Source: Negaprion brevirostris
Taxonomy: Eukaryota
Assembly: GCA_030324005.1 (NCBI GenBank)
Contig: JARDVH010000084.1
Span: 35,604,348 to 35,668,347 of the forward strand
Direction of reading: 5' to 3'
Length of the DNA: 64,000 bases
This document shows, in pieces, positions 51,730-64,000 of the stretch. Each line of letters starts with the position of its first letter. The stretch's first letter is position 1. The notes under the pieces are model-generated. The model was not told the origin of the DNA and did not search any database. It saw nothing but the letters and a program-made list of their open reading frames with translations. Made by a program: the position numbers and the translations under genes.

Positions 51730-52498
51730 TGAACGAAGGGAAGTTAAATCTTTTATAAATTATATGGCCTATTTTGATACATTTCAATATCACGAAAGCA
51801 ATATCTCGAGTAAATAAAAAGCTCATAACTTAATTTTCATTAAAAACAAACCAAAACATTAAATAATGTTTATCAGCTACATCTCGCTGTTTTCACTTAG
51901 GAAGACGAGCAGGAAGCAATGTTTCCATGCCAATCCATTGAAAATACAAACAAATCAAATGAAACAAACACGAAGAACTAGACGTCTAAAATAATGTAGA
52001 AACACTATAGGTTATCTGAACATTAAAATAGTTGTGTTACCCAGAAGGGGCAAATGTTCAAAAACTGCATAAGGGCACAAGTCGTGGTCAGGAGCGACTA
52101 ATGCAATAATTGCAAATTGTACCTTGTGTTTGCTTCATTGTTTCATGTAATAATTTTAAGGCATTATTATATTACACATTACGACATTAAACATCATCCT
52201 TAATAACCGATGGAACTTCAATCAATAATATTTGCCAGATTCTATTTAATACTAATTTGCAACATACAAAGCAAATTGAGCCTGAAGACAAGAAAAAACA
52301 TAAGTATATTTCAAAAATAAAGCATTTGATGCCAGCAGCCCTATTTCTCACAACACACGGAAACACACAGGTATTAAACACGGACCAGGAATTAAAGTAC
52401 TTTTTTACATGGCATTAAAATAATAGAAACAAATGTATATATGTTAGCTGACAATTACAATAAATACTGTAAGACTGCACTTGCTTATCAAGCTTGTT

Positions 52499-52846
52499 CT
52501 ATAGATTCTGTTCCATCCATTGCACTGTCTCCGTTCTCTTGTACATCTGGGCTAGCTCGAATGGAGTTTGTCCCTTTTCATTTTTATGTGAGAGGTTTGA
52601 TTTCTTTGCCAAAAAAATAACTACATCGGTGTGGCCTTCCTGTGCAGCAAGATGTATGGGCAGATTGCCCTCGGAATTTTCAATATTTACATTTGCCCCA
52701 AAGTCCACCAAAGTTTTCAAAGTGTCTAGAAAGCCTTCCCGAGCCGCATCGTGAGCTGGGGTGAATCCTCCGTGATCCTGCTGGTTTGGTTTAGCTCCAG
52801 CTTTTAGCAGGGATTTGGCTATTATAGTATTACCCATCTGCATCAC
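52499..52846 (-). CDS. CDKN2C: INK4-family CDK4/6 inhibitor (p18-INK4c-like), coding exon 2, ankyrin repeats
   Basis: Polypyrimidine acceptor ...TATTTGCAG|GTGATG; [76 protein letters not shown]...QNL* contains the INK4 hallmark HDAARxGFLDTL. NIE.xEGNLP and the GF before HDAAR are p18-like. INK4 family is certain; the paralog call (C versus D) is ~0.75. Confidence 0.9.
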   Translation of the reverse strand: MMQMGNTIIAKSLLKAGAKPNQQDHGGFTPAHDAAREGFLDTLKTLVDFGANVNIENSEGNLPIHLAAQEGHTDVVIFLAKKSNLSHKNEKGQTPFELAQMYKRTETVQWMEQNL

Positions 52847-55151
52847 CTGCAAATATAGAAAGATGGATGGAAAGTGTGTGAAAGAAAGAAAGCGTGACAT
52901 TCAAGAGTGCGCCACCAACACATCAAAAAAAATCAAGTTTTAACATTGCAGAATTAAAGGTTGCAAGGTCAGACTGATACATTCACCTCTACAAGAGTTA
53001 TTTAAAAATCTGAAACAACTCTGTAAACCACACAAAATGTAACAAACAAGTCCTCATTACTCTGGGCGAATTGCAGCTGCTACACCTTAAACATTTCTAA
53101 CTAACATTTTATTTAACGAAATTCGTGATAGCGTTTCTTCACAACTGTCGTTTAGCAATGATTGGACCAATCTATTTCTACCTCAAAACTTTCCAAAAGA
53201 AAGTATTTACGACAAATCGAGACGAAATAAAACGAAATTTCATTTTATAGGTGTTTTCTGGTTGCCCATAGAGGCATTAGATGATTTAATTAATTGATTT
53301 GAATCAATAACGTTTTACGGTATTGCATCTTTTCACTGCACAGTTAAAACGCGATTCGAGGTAAACCACAAGAATGTTTCGAGTGGCATGACAGTAATGC
53401 ATAATGAAATCCTATTTTCATATCGACATTTTCATATAAAATATAAACAAAAAGATCATATTTTCTAAAACAGTCGTGGTTATATATTATGCAAAAAAGA
53501 GAACCATAATTTAAAATCGTCAGTATGAGCTGGTGTCCTCTCTTGCGTGTGGAGGAGATAAGTGGGGATGGGTAATTTCAAAGTTAATACATAGCAGATA
53601 AAATATAAACATTATAAAATATATTGTTTATTTACTGAGACTTTAAATGTAGGTTTATACTGTCGTTCTAACAAATGAGCAACAGCACGTCAAATTAATG
53701 GTAACGACAGAATTTTGTTTATAAAGTATCCATTTTACTGTGACTCTTATACGACATAATACGATGTTCAAAACAAATTAACTATTAAACGTAGGAGTCC
53801 AGAACACCGAACAGTATATTATTGTTTAAAATAAAAAATAAACCTATTTGTGATACTAATAAATAAAGTTTAAACATTAGTTACTTTATTATTGGAGAGC
53901 TTCATTTTTGTCGGTTGCCAAATCAAAGCTATAGCTGCATTGATATCATTGCAATTGACCCACTGGATCACCTGTTTAAAACTTAGTACCTCAATTAGTT
54001 TTAGGCAAAATCTACTTTTCATAGGACCCTTTCAAACTTATGATAAAAATAGATTTTAATTTCAAGAGAATACCGTGGTTTATTGGGCGTTAGTTAAATA
54101 TTTCATGCAAGTATTCAAGCAAAATAATAATTTTATCCCCAACAGTTTTTATTGCAATAAACTACTCATTCTGCTTTCAAGTCAGTTCACTATCCAGTTA
54201 CCTAATAACTGTTGCTTAATCCTGAATGAATGAAACTAACTTGAAATTTGCGACCACCAGAAAGATGATAATGCAATTTGTTTTATTCGTTCTTGGGGAG
54301 TGGGCGTCGCTGGCAAGGTCAATAATCTTTACATNNNNNNNNNNNNNNNNNNNNNNNNNNNNNNNNNNNNNNNNNNNNNNNNNNNNNNNNNNNNNNNNNN
54401 NNNNNNNNNNNNNNNNNNNNNNNNNNNNNNNNNNNNNNNNNNNNNNNNNNNATTACTCATAACTACTAACCCTAGGACATTGATGGGATGTTTTATAATA
54501 TTATATTGAACCCATTGTTACTAAAACGCATTTCTTCACAGCAAAATCAATTGCCATCGTTTGCCAATTGTGGGATGTTTTGGTTACTTGACAACGTTAA
54601 TATTTATTTACTAAAAGGCTTTGAATCAGGGTGGCTGATTCAATGTTGTATTCTTGTCAGTTTTTCAGTTATTTGAAAAGCAGTGAACGCATGGTCACAG
54701 TCTGAAACATTGCATGCATCCGAATGATGTACACTACAAAATAAAAACGTGCTGCCCAAGACAGTCCACGTTGCAATCCTTCTACATTTCTATAAGCATC
54801 ATACAACCGAAAACGTGAATTTTTTTATCATTTCTGAGAATTTCACCTTTGGAAATGGGAAAATCACGTCGTCCCAAAATATAGTCGCAGATAATCGTAA
54901 CCATCAAGCAGCATTATCATCAAAGCAAAATGCGTTTGTTTTTAACCTAGGTGTTTTGAAATTCATTGGCTATTTCAGCAGTGCGTCAATACTGTATCCA
55001 TTGCTGCCTGATCCATGCTGACACATTGACAAAAATAGGGGCATATTATTGTTTTTAGAAAATAAAACATGCATTCTAGGACAGGGGAGATTTTTTTCTG
55101 ACAGACGAAAATGCAATGTGTGGGTTAGAAAAAAAGAATCATTGGACTAAC

Positions 55152-55289
55152 CTGAAGTGCAGTTCTGCCAAACTTATTGAGTGCACCCACGTTCACCCCG
55201 TTTTCTAGTAAAATTTTGACTTCTTTTGAGTCTCCTTTGGCTGCAGCGCTTGTTAGTTTGTCACCCTCTGACCCATCAGCTGTTTCCAT
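55152..55289 (-). CDS. CDKN2C: INK4-family CDK4/6 inhibitor (p18-INK4c-like), coding exon 1
   Basis: ATG at 55289; METADGSEGDKLTSAAAKGDSKEVKILLENGVNVGALNKFGRTALQ (46 codons); phase-0 donor CAG|GTTAGT at 55152/55151. The intron falls at the conserved INK4 'ALQ|VM' position. Acceptor TTTTTGCAG lies 8 nt upstream of the ATG (exon starts 55297). Confidence 0.9.
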
Positions 55290-55599
55290 TATTAGTACTG
55301 CAAAAATGTCGAAATCCGATAAGCACAGACGCCAACAGGTACGGTGGAGATGAAGAATCTAGTCCCGCTCTGTAGTATAGTATTTACTAACCAAGAGTAA
55401 TTGATGTGNNNNNNNNNNNNNNNNNNNNNNNNCTATCTCAAAGTTAACATTTTCAAGTGATTTGTTCCATGTTACCCCCAAAGCATTCAAAAAAATCAAA
55501 ATGCGGTTCACTTCTTCTCAGCTGCTGCGTGGATAGTCAGTTTGTCCTCTTCACAACTGTCAAATAAAATCTCGAAATAATGTCGAAAAGTACAACAGT

Positions 55600-56760
55600 T
55601 GAATCGGTTACTGTATCTCCGATAGAGATGCAATATTTGAATGTTTTGCAGTTTTCCCGCCCATTTTGCAACTGTTACTTCACTGTAAATGAAAGGCTAC
55701 TCTGAGCAGCGAACTCCGGCTGGTTCAGACTTCTCTCTCTCTCTTTTGCTTCCACTTACTCTTCCAGTCAAATTAAATCGCAGAAAAATGCCATGAAGCC
55801 GTTCCATTCAGAGACAGTGAGTCCGCCTGTTCTGACAGCTCCAGTCCCGGGCTTGCAAAGGTAGTTGCTGCTCATTACGATCCTGCGCTGGTAGAAAACA
55901 GTAACTTGCTCTTGCTGCTGCTGCTGCTGATGCCCGCTTCATCTGCAAATGTTCACTTCTAAATCCACTTCGCAGGATTCGCGCAGTTGTCTTTGCAATG
56001 GTGAAGCTTTTGCCGTCTCTCTCTCCTTCTGAAAACAAATACTGGCGGTTCCGTAATTGTTGATGGCTTACAGCAGTTTTTGAAAAAAAAACTTATTGAC
56101 ATCATCAAATTTTAAAAATGAGCGCTTCTCGGCTGCTGCCAGTGCCGCCCACACTGTGCGTCGTAACGGAAATGGCAGCTAGGCAGTGTAGCTGCAAAGG
56201 TCAGCCCGATTCATTCTCGCACCCGCCTTCCTCTCGGTGATCGCTCCCCTTCGGGCTCTCCGCTCTGGCGTTTCCGTTATGTTTTTTAGCGGACAGATTC
56301 CCAGTAACGGACGAGGACGAATTTAAAACTGTACAATATAAATTGAAAGAGCCAATCCCCAGTCCCACGCCACTTCTTAACCCACTGATTTGCATTTTTA
56401 CACGCGAAGGTCAGATCAGAGATTTGTAGCCCGGGCCTTTGGTGTATCAGAACTGGAGGGTTTTTCAGGCATTTCGCCCTCATGGCGGAGTGTAGTTGCG
56501 GGGGGTGGGGGAGGTGGCTGGTCGGTCAGGTTAGATACAACGTTAATAAACTGTCCACCTGACCAACGCGCACCCTTCCTCAATCCAGGTGCCAGCTTTG
56601 TGTAAATGCAAGCAAGATGTGTGGAAAATGACAAGTTGTGTAAAGGGCGCGATGTTTGTCGATCCCTTTTGCAGCGCTCACTGCAGACAGCTGTCAGAGC
56701 AGGCACAAGTTCAGCCATGCCGGGAGTAGCTGAATTGAATATATATTCAAGATGGTATCC
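55600..56760 (-). promoter_or_regulatory. CpG-rich promoter/first-intron region of the INK4 gene
   Basis: High CpG density; E2F consensus TTTCCCGC at 55653-55660; CCAAT at ~56351-56355; GC-box-like sequences. Mammalian CDKN2C is a known E2F target. Confidence 0.6.
55760..56150 (-). other. CDKN2C: Probable non-coding (5' UTR) first exon of the INK4 gene; 5' end uncertain
   Basis: Strong donor AGA|GTAAGT at 55760/55759 can pair with the acceptor at 55298/55297. The region is CpG-rich and contains a short (CAG)n run at ~55913-55929. Confidence 0.6.
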
Positions 56761-57239
56761 TGCAAATCATTACATTTATGTCCAGCAGTATCAGGACCCA
56801 ATATTCCACCTCAATTAGGTGCAGCACTCTGGCGTGAATCAACAAGAATTTACTTAGATTTTTTTAAAAAATATATTGTTATATTTGAATCAGACATGAA
56901 CGCGTTACCCTTGTATGGGATCAGACAGGAGGGCCAAATCAACAGGATTGAAACAGCATTAACTTTCTCTTGAGGGATAGAGCAATTAAACATGTATTAA
57001 CCAGCGAATCAATGTTAAAACCCTTCATAACTTGCTGTAATAGTACCTTGAATGAAACATTCCCACAACACAGAGACAATATCCTTCAACCTATGATTTT
57101 TAATACTTCATGTTTTTTCCCTTTCTCCCAAACTTCTTTGCTAATATCCTGAAGATGCTAACCCTTCCTGCGGCATGTTCCTTTGGACATCAGTGGTCCT
57201 CTAGTTCTGTACAAAAAAAAACATTTTAATGTGAGTTTT

Positions 57240-58850
57240 TTATATTTATTCATGGCATGTGAATGTTGCTCATCTCTTAATCCCCTTGAAAGAATGGTGG
57301 TGAGCTTCCTTCTCCAATCGCTGCAGTCCGTGCAGCTTAGATGCACCCAGATTGCTGTTTAGGCAGAGTGTTCACAATTTTGGTCCAGTGACTATGAGGG
57401 AGTTGGCAATGTGTGACTTGGAGGGGAAGTCGCAGGTGGTTATGTTTCCTTGCTGCCCTTGTAGTAAAGGTTGCAGGTTCAGAAGATGATGTTGAAGGAT
57501 TCTTGGCAAATTGTTGTAGTACAGCTTGTACATGATACACACTGTTGCCACTGTGTGTGCCAGCAATGGAGAGTGAATATTAAAGATGATGGCTGGGGGA
57601 CCAGTCAAATGGGCTGATTCATCTTGAAATGTGTCAAGCATCGTGAGTGTTGTTAGAACTATGCTCATCCAGACAAGTGGACAGTATTCCATGACACAAT
57701 CTACTTGTCCCTTGTAGGTGGCAGAGAGGCTTTGAGTGATCAGGAAATGAGTTATTCACTCTTGTTGCTACTGTACTTACATGGCTAGTTCAAGTTATGC
57801 TTCTGGTCAATAATCACTCCCAAGGTATTTACGGTAGAGTATTTAGCACTGATAGTGCTGTTGACCATTAAAGGGAGATAGTTAATGTCTAACCTGTTAT
57901 GTTGGAGATGGTCATTGCTTGGTGCTTGTGTGATGTGANNNNNNNNNNNNNNNNNNNNNNNNNNNNNNNNNNNNNNNNNNNNNNNNNNNNNNNNNNNNNN
58001 NNNNNNNNNNNNNNNNNNNNNNNNNNNNNNNNNNNNNNTGATGTGAATGTTACTTGACACTTATCAGCCAAATGTTGGCTGTGCGATGAGAATGTTACTT
58101 GACACTTATCAGCCAAATGTTGTCAAGGTTTTACTGGAGGTGGACACAGATTGCTTCAGTATTTGAGGATTTGCACATAGTGCTGGACATTGTCAATCAT
58201 TGACAACCATTTCCATTTCTAATACAATGTTAGAGGAATGTTATTGATAAAGTAGCAGGTTGGGCCTACATCACTCCCCTGAAAAGCTCCTGCAGGGATT
58301 TCCTGGGGCCGAAATGATTGGCCTCTAACCACAACCATCTTCCTTTGTGCCAGGTGTACTCAAATCCGTGGAGAACATTCCCCTTTATCCCATTGACATC
58401 AGTTGTATTAGGACCCCTTGATGCCACACTCAGTCAGATATTACCGTGGTATCAAAGGTAATCACTCTCACATCACTTCTGGAATGCAGCACTTTTGTCT
58501 ATGTTTGAACTGTAATAAGGTCTGGAGCTATGTGTCTCTGGTCAAACCCAAACTGACCATTGGTGAACAGGTTATTGCTGAGTAAATATTGTTTAAATGC
58601 ACTATTGATGACACCTTCTATCACTTTACTGATGATTGAGGATAAACAAATAGAGCAGTAATTGACCAGATTAGATTTGTCCTGCATTTTGTAGTCTGGA
58701 TGTACCTGGGCAATTTTCTATGTTTTTGGGTAGATACCAGTCTTCTAACCTATACAGACATAGGTCAGCTAGGGTTGCATCTAGTTCTGGAGCACGAGTC
58801 TTCAGTACTACAGCTGGGATGTTGTTGGGATGTTGATAAAGCCCATAGTG
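57240..58850 (-). mobile_element. Degenerate LINE (same family as 925-2660)
   Basis: NYCSICLSSIISKVIEGVIN..LLSNNLFTNGQFGF..HIAPDLIT; MEYCPLVWM. Confidence 0.85.
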
Positions 58851-61004
58851 TTTGCTTTAGCTCTGTTAACTTTACAATCATAAAAAAAATCACCATCAAA
58901 TTCAGCCATGGCTCTTCTAGGTACCAGCATACATGTACTTTAGATCAGGGTTTATTAGCCAGCTATCAGGAGCTGTCTTTTCTTCTGTAGCCTAATTATA
59001 GTATTCCATACTGCCACCTCAATCAAAATCTACTACTCAATACAGACCAGGAATTAAATCTGGACCCCATCTAGTAGATAACACACAATCCCATATTGGG
59101 TAATTGAGCAATCGAGAAGCTTATCGATTTTNNNNNNNNNNNNTTCAGATTTTTGAACACTGCCTAATGGTTCTTTAGTTCACATCAAGCTCATTCTCAG
59201 AATTTCATTGAGCTTTTAATCAAGATTTAAAGTGGCCAGAAAGGTCCAATTCATCACAACTGTAATTATTTCATTGGTTCTATAATGCCACTATTTGTTA
59301 TCTCCATTGATGCAGGGATTTAACAACCATTAGTAATATTTAACAGTTAGGCCTACAAACAGGTTTAACCTCCCGAATTATGCATGTTACATGAAGAAAC
59401 TGATGTAGATATACTGCAGTCAATTTTATCATCAGTCGTCCAAATAATGGCCTCAAGCTGATATTTCTCAACTTGCAATATAAAGAACTGAGTTCACATT
59501 TCACGTTCACATTTAAAAAGGCAATATAAAGTTATGATGGTGTGCAATTATCAGACAATGTTGTTCAGCACCATGCTGTGGACTGTGACTTCTGGGAGTC
59601 AGGCTGGGCCCAATCCTGCACAATTCATTCGATCACATGAGATGGTTGCAAAAACAGATTGCATCTTATAGGTTGTCTCAAAGCTTGATGTTCATTTATA
59701 GAATATCTTTCCCTTTTTCATAATGTTGTGCTAACAATTTTGAAGCATGGCTAATTGAATAAAAATGATTTAGTTGTAGCTTGTTAAGTTGATTTGTTAT
59801 GAATGGAACGTGAGGGTAATCACTGGTATAATTTTACAATTTACCCCCAGATCCCAAAAAAACTGCAGCACTTTCAGTTACATTGCCAGAAAGAATGGTA
59901 AATTGATACTTTATTGTTTTTTTGGAAGTAGAACAATTGCTGTTATTTGGCATTAGTTTAGGATATTATTTCAACATTATTTTTCTTCATGTTTGCTGAT
60001 ACAAGGAAAGACTGTCTAGACATGCCTGCAGAGCAACTTAGGAAGCTGTTTAAATTAGATCTTTAAAAAAACACAAAGCCAGTTTTTATCTTAGAAATAG
60101 TAGATGTCTGCTTAATTAAATATATGGATTTTTCAATAAAGAGTGAAGCGATCTATTAATAAGTAGGCTTGAGACAACAATTAGGAGCAGGATCAGGCTG
60201 CAGTCTTTCCAAAACTATATAAAGTTATTGGGCGCAATTCTTCAAAAAAATGACAAAATATCATCTCTGGCATGAATCGGTTGGTGTGATTTCAATCGCA
60301 ATCATCCCCAACTTAGTCATTTAGAAGGGGGTTGATTTGCACTGTGTATGACAGAGACGGAGCCTAAAGATGCCAACAAGGCCTGCTGCTCAGAGATCAG
60401 CGTGCCCTTAACTGTCAGCATCATTGGGAAACCACCACCNNNNNNNNNNNNNNNNNNNNNNNNNNNNNNNNNNNGCCCCCCCACCACATGTGTGAACTCC
60501 CACTATGCACTCACCAATAGGTCCTGCCCCCACAGCCCTTTAGGTGCACCTTTCAGGACTGCCATCCTAGCATGAAAGCTGTGTTGGCACTGATAGGGTA
60601 CACTGTTAGGGGCACTGTCCAACCATGTATGCCCCAGACCGCTTGGAAACTACAATGGCCTCCTAGCCCCCACCCACCTGTTGTGGTTATTATGTATGGT
60701 CTCCATTTTTAGAGACCGGGGTTGGAATTCTCTGAAATCATACGCCCACCACTGCTGCCAGCAAGAATGGAGAATTTAGCACTGAGCCAAATCTCCATTC
60801 ACAGCAACAGGACCAGAGAATAGGTGAAACTAGCCATAGGCGAAATTGGAGAACTGCGGTCCAGTAGTCAGCTTCACGTCAAACCAATAGGTGGGAGAAT
60901 TTAAGGAGGCTGGAGAATTCAAGCTTAAAGCCGATTTTGAATATTTAAATTAATATTTGTAATTCTGATTTATGCCCTCACTGGGNNNNNNNNNNNNNNN
61001 NNNN

Positions 61005-61042
<38 letters not shown>

Positions 61043-62904
61043 GGAGGGGTGGAAAGGGGGCGGAATCTTCACATGAGATCTCCCGGTCGCAATTCCTGTG
61101 ATGGCCTCTCTCGTGACAGTCTTCGGCCGTCACAGGAATTGCACCTGTGCAAGTGGGGCCTGTGTGAGTGGGGCTGCAGAATTGCCCTTATTGTTCTTTT
61201 CTTACTGCATGTTTACCTTTACAATTTATTACTGAAGGCTTCACATGATCTGACAGAAACATTTCCAAGAAAACTATTTCTCTGCACAACTTGATTTTTA
61301 TGAATCCGTCATATTGACTACTGTGGAAAAAGATGATCTGTATCTTTTCACATATATATTTAAATATATTTTGCAATCTGCTTCAAAATGTTGAAAAATT
61401 AATGTGACAATGTGTCAAAAGAAGGAGATAAAAGATGCCCGTCAAATAAGTCTTATCACTTCCATTCTCCTTTAGAAATTTCTAAAACTCCATCAGCTTT
61501 GGCCTGGTTATGTCCATTTCCTCTCCTTGTTGCTCCCTGGTCTTTTCGGTGTCAAGTTTCAATACTTAAGGGAGGTCATGAGAGAATGTCTTTGTTTTGC
61601 ATCACAATGGTGGGATAGACTGAGGATTTTCTATCTTTTAGTCTTACATGAGATGTGGACATCACTTCAAGCCCAGCATTTGTTGCCCATTCCTTATAGC
61701 CCTTAAATTGGATGGCTCGCTAGACCATTTTAGGGGCAGTTAATATTNNNNNNNNNNNNNNNNNNNNNNNNNNNNNNNNNNNNNNNNNNNNNNNNNNNNN
61801 NNNNNNNNNNNNNNNNNNNNNNNNNNNNNNNNNNNNNNNNNNNNNNNNNNNNNNNNNNNNNNNNNNNNNNNNNNNNNNNNNNNNNNNNNNNNNNNNNNNN
61901 NNNNNNNNNNNNNNNNNNNNNNNNNNNNNNNNNNNNNNNNNNNNNNNNNNNNNNNNNNNNNNNNNNNNNNNNNNNNNNNNNNNNNNNNNNNNNNNNNNNN
62001 NNNNNNNNNNNNNNNNNNNNNNNNNNNNNNNNNNNNNNNNNNNNNNNNNNNNNNNNNNNNNNNNNNNNNNNNNNNNNNNNNNNNNNNNNNNNNNNNNNNN
62101 ATCACTTCAAGCCCAGCATTTGTTGCCCATTCCTTATAGCCCTTAAATTGGATGGCTTGCTAGACCATTTTAGGGGCAGTTAATATTCAACTGTGTTGCT
62201 GTAGGTCTGAAATTATATTTAGGGGCCAGACCAGTTAAAGATGGTAGATTTCCTTTCGTGAACCAGATGGGTTTTTGCAACAGTTATTGACAGTTTTATG
62301 GTCACTATTACTGGGACTAGCTTTATATTCCAGATTTATTAATTGACTTTAAATTCCACAGTTGCCATGGTGCAACATGAACATGTGATCCCAGAACACA
62401 TAACGCGTTTAAACAGCCTCTGTAAAGCATTTAGACAGTTACATTGGTAAGATGGGTATAGAGAGATATGGGCCAAATGCAGGCAATTGGGATTAGCTTC
62501 ATGACTTAAAAAAAAGGGGCGGCATGGACAAGTTGGGTCGAAGGGTCTGTTTCCATGCTATAAAGCTCAATGACTCTATTTATGATTCTGTGACTCCAAC
62601 ATTAACTTGGATATCTGGATTACTAGTCTAGTGACATTATCATTACATTGCTGTCTCTCCTTGAGCTCCTAGCCTTGATTTTACAGGTATTTCATTTTTA
62701 AAAATTTATTTACAGAGTTGGGAGTCATTGGTAAGGCCAACATTTATATCCCATCTCTACTTGTCCTTGAGAATCAGAACTGTCAACGCAGTCTTACAAT
62801 TTCACTAAAATATGATTAGGATATTAATTTTATTTTACAAAATATGGTAGAATCCTGACCATAATATTTATGTAGCATTGTATCAATTTTAAAATTATTT
62901 AAAA

Positions 62905-63150
62905 AGTAAAGTTAATTTACTAGTCACAAGTAAGGCTTACATTAACACTGCAGTGAACTTACTGTGAAATTCTCCTACTCACCACAGTCCAGCGCCTATT
63001 TGGATCAATGCACCTAACCAGCAGATCTTTCAGAATGTGGGAGGAAACCCAAGCATATGTAGGGAGAACATGCAAACTCCACTCAGACAGTCACCCAAGC
63101 CAGGAATCAAACCCAGGTCACTGGCGCCGTGAAGCAGCAGTGCTACCATG
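62905..63150 (-). mobile_element. HE1/V-SINE (same tail as the 14642 copy)
   Basis: Tail ..GCAGTGTTAATGTAAGCCTTACTTGTGACTAGTAAAT on the minus strand. Confidence 0.85.
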
Positions 63151-64000
63151 CAGTCCCATACTGTGGGCCTACTGTAGTTCTCAGATGTATTGAATGCTAG
63201 TAAAATATTTCAACACTATTAATCTTATTTAATGTTACCTATATACAGTAAAAGCCAATATTCATTTTTTCAAATTTTTCTTTGTGGCTGTGATCATGTG
63301 CTTCTTTATTCAATTGAGCAAATTGCTATGAAATCAAAAAATAGCAGTGTAGAAGTCAAAATTACACAAGCTAGCAGCAATATAAATATTATAGGATAGA
63401 GTGAATAATTATGCAATAAAGACAAAAAGGCATTAGGCTTAGATTCAGTGTGTTTTATCAACTAACTCAAACTGAATCATTGTTTTTAGTTCATAGCTGG
63501 ATCAGAGTGACTCGTGGCCTGATTTTGAATTGTGCAATACATATCCAGATAGAAGAAATGACAATTTAATGTTACTGATTCTGTATATTTTAAATCTTAT
63601 GATACAAGCATAAAGATAGGTAAATAGCATTTAAACTCTATTAAGATACTGCTAATAAGAATAATTACTCATTACTGGTGACATTTTCTCTGATGATCAT
63701 GAAGTCTATATTGACACAGTAGCTATGTTACTGGAATTTTGAACTGTAGGCTGGTTAGCTTTTTTGGGTTAAAGTAAAATTCATACTATAGTAGTTCAGC
63801 CAAATGCCAGTTTCTTCATTGTGCAGCAAAGAAAAGAGAAGCTTCTGCAACTTACAGTCAGGTAGTCATCAGTTCAGGAACTACAACGCCAGTCCAGGTA
63901 AAGCTAGAGGCTTAAAACCCCCACTGACTGCTTTGCATTGGGCAAGCCTCTGCTCACTCAATAATTCAGCTCACACTCTACGAAACCCACAGGTAGATCT

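Noticed and set aside
52847-52900. N-terminal extension [18 protein letters not shown] of the 133-aa ORF
   Set aside because: It is the intron polypyrimidine tract; the true upstream exon is at 55152-55289.
61004-61060. Long poly-G tract (possible G-quadruplex)
   Set aside because: Adjacent to an N gap inside a MITE, so length is unreliable and may be a sequencing artefact.
56200-64000. Expected divergent FAF1 first exon
   Set aside because: No MASNMDREMILADFQ-like sequence was found by eye in this window.
1-64000. CRISPR arrays, operons or other prokaryotic systems
   Set aside because: The sequence is vertebrate with spliceosomal introns; no regularly spaced repeat-spacer arrays were seen.

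Overview
AT-rich, repeat-dense vertebrate DNA from a gappy draft assembly. The repeat families (HE1/V-SINEs, DeuSINE, CR1/HER1, L2, Penelope, Gypsy, Harbinger) point to a cartilaginous fish, probably a shark. There is one intact gene: a minus-strand INK4 CDK inhibitor, most likely CDKN2C/p18 (CDS 55289-55152 + 52846-52499, 161 aa). It has a probable non-coding first exon carrying a uORF and sits in a ~9 kb TE-free, CpG-retaining domain. The main hidden signal is a chain of non-repeat islands on the same strand from ~50.0 kb to ~2.0 kb. These carry canonical splice sites, several phase-concordant junctions, protein-like frames with stops and frameshifts, an internal peptide repeat and TE insertions inside exons. 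I read this as a large (>1,500 aa by rough sum) decayed multi-exon gene (unitary pseudogene) whose family I cannot identify. Penelope pLTRs carry a minimal hammerhead ribozyme. Repeat boundaries are approximate and all translations were done by eye.
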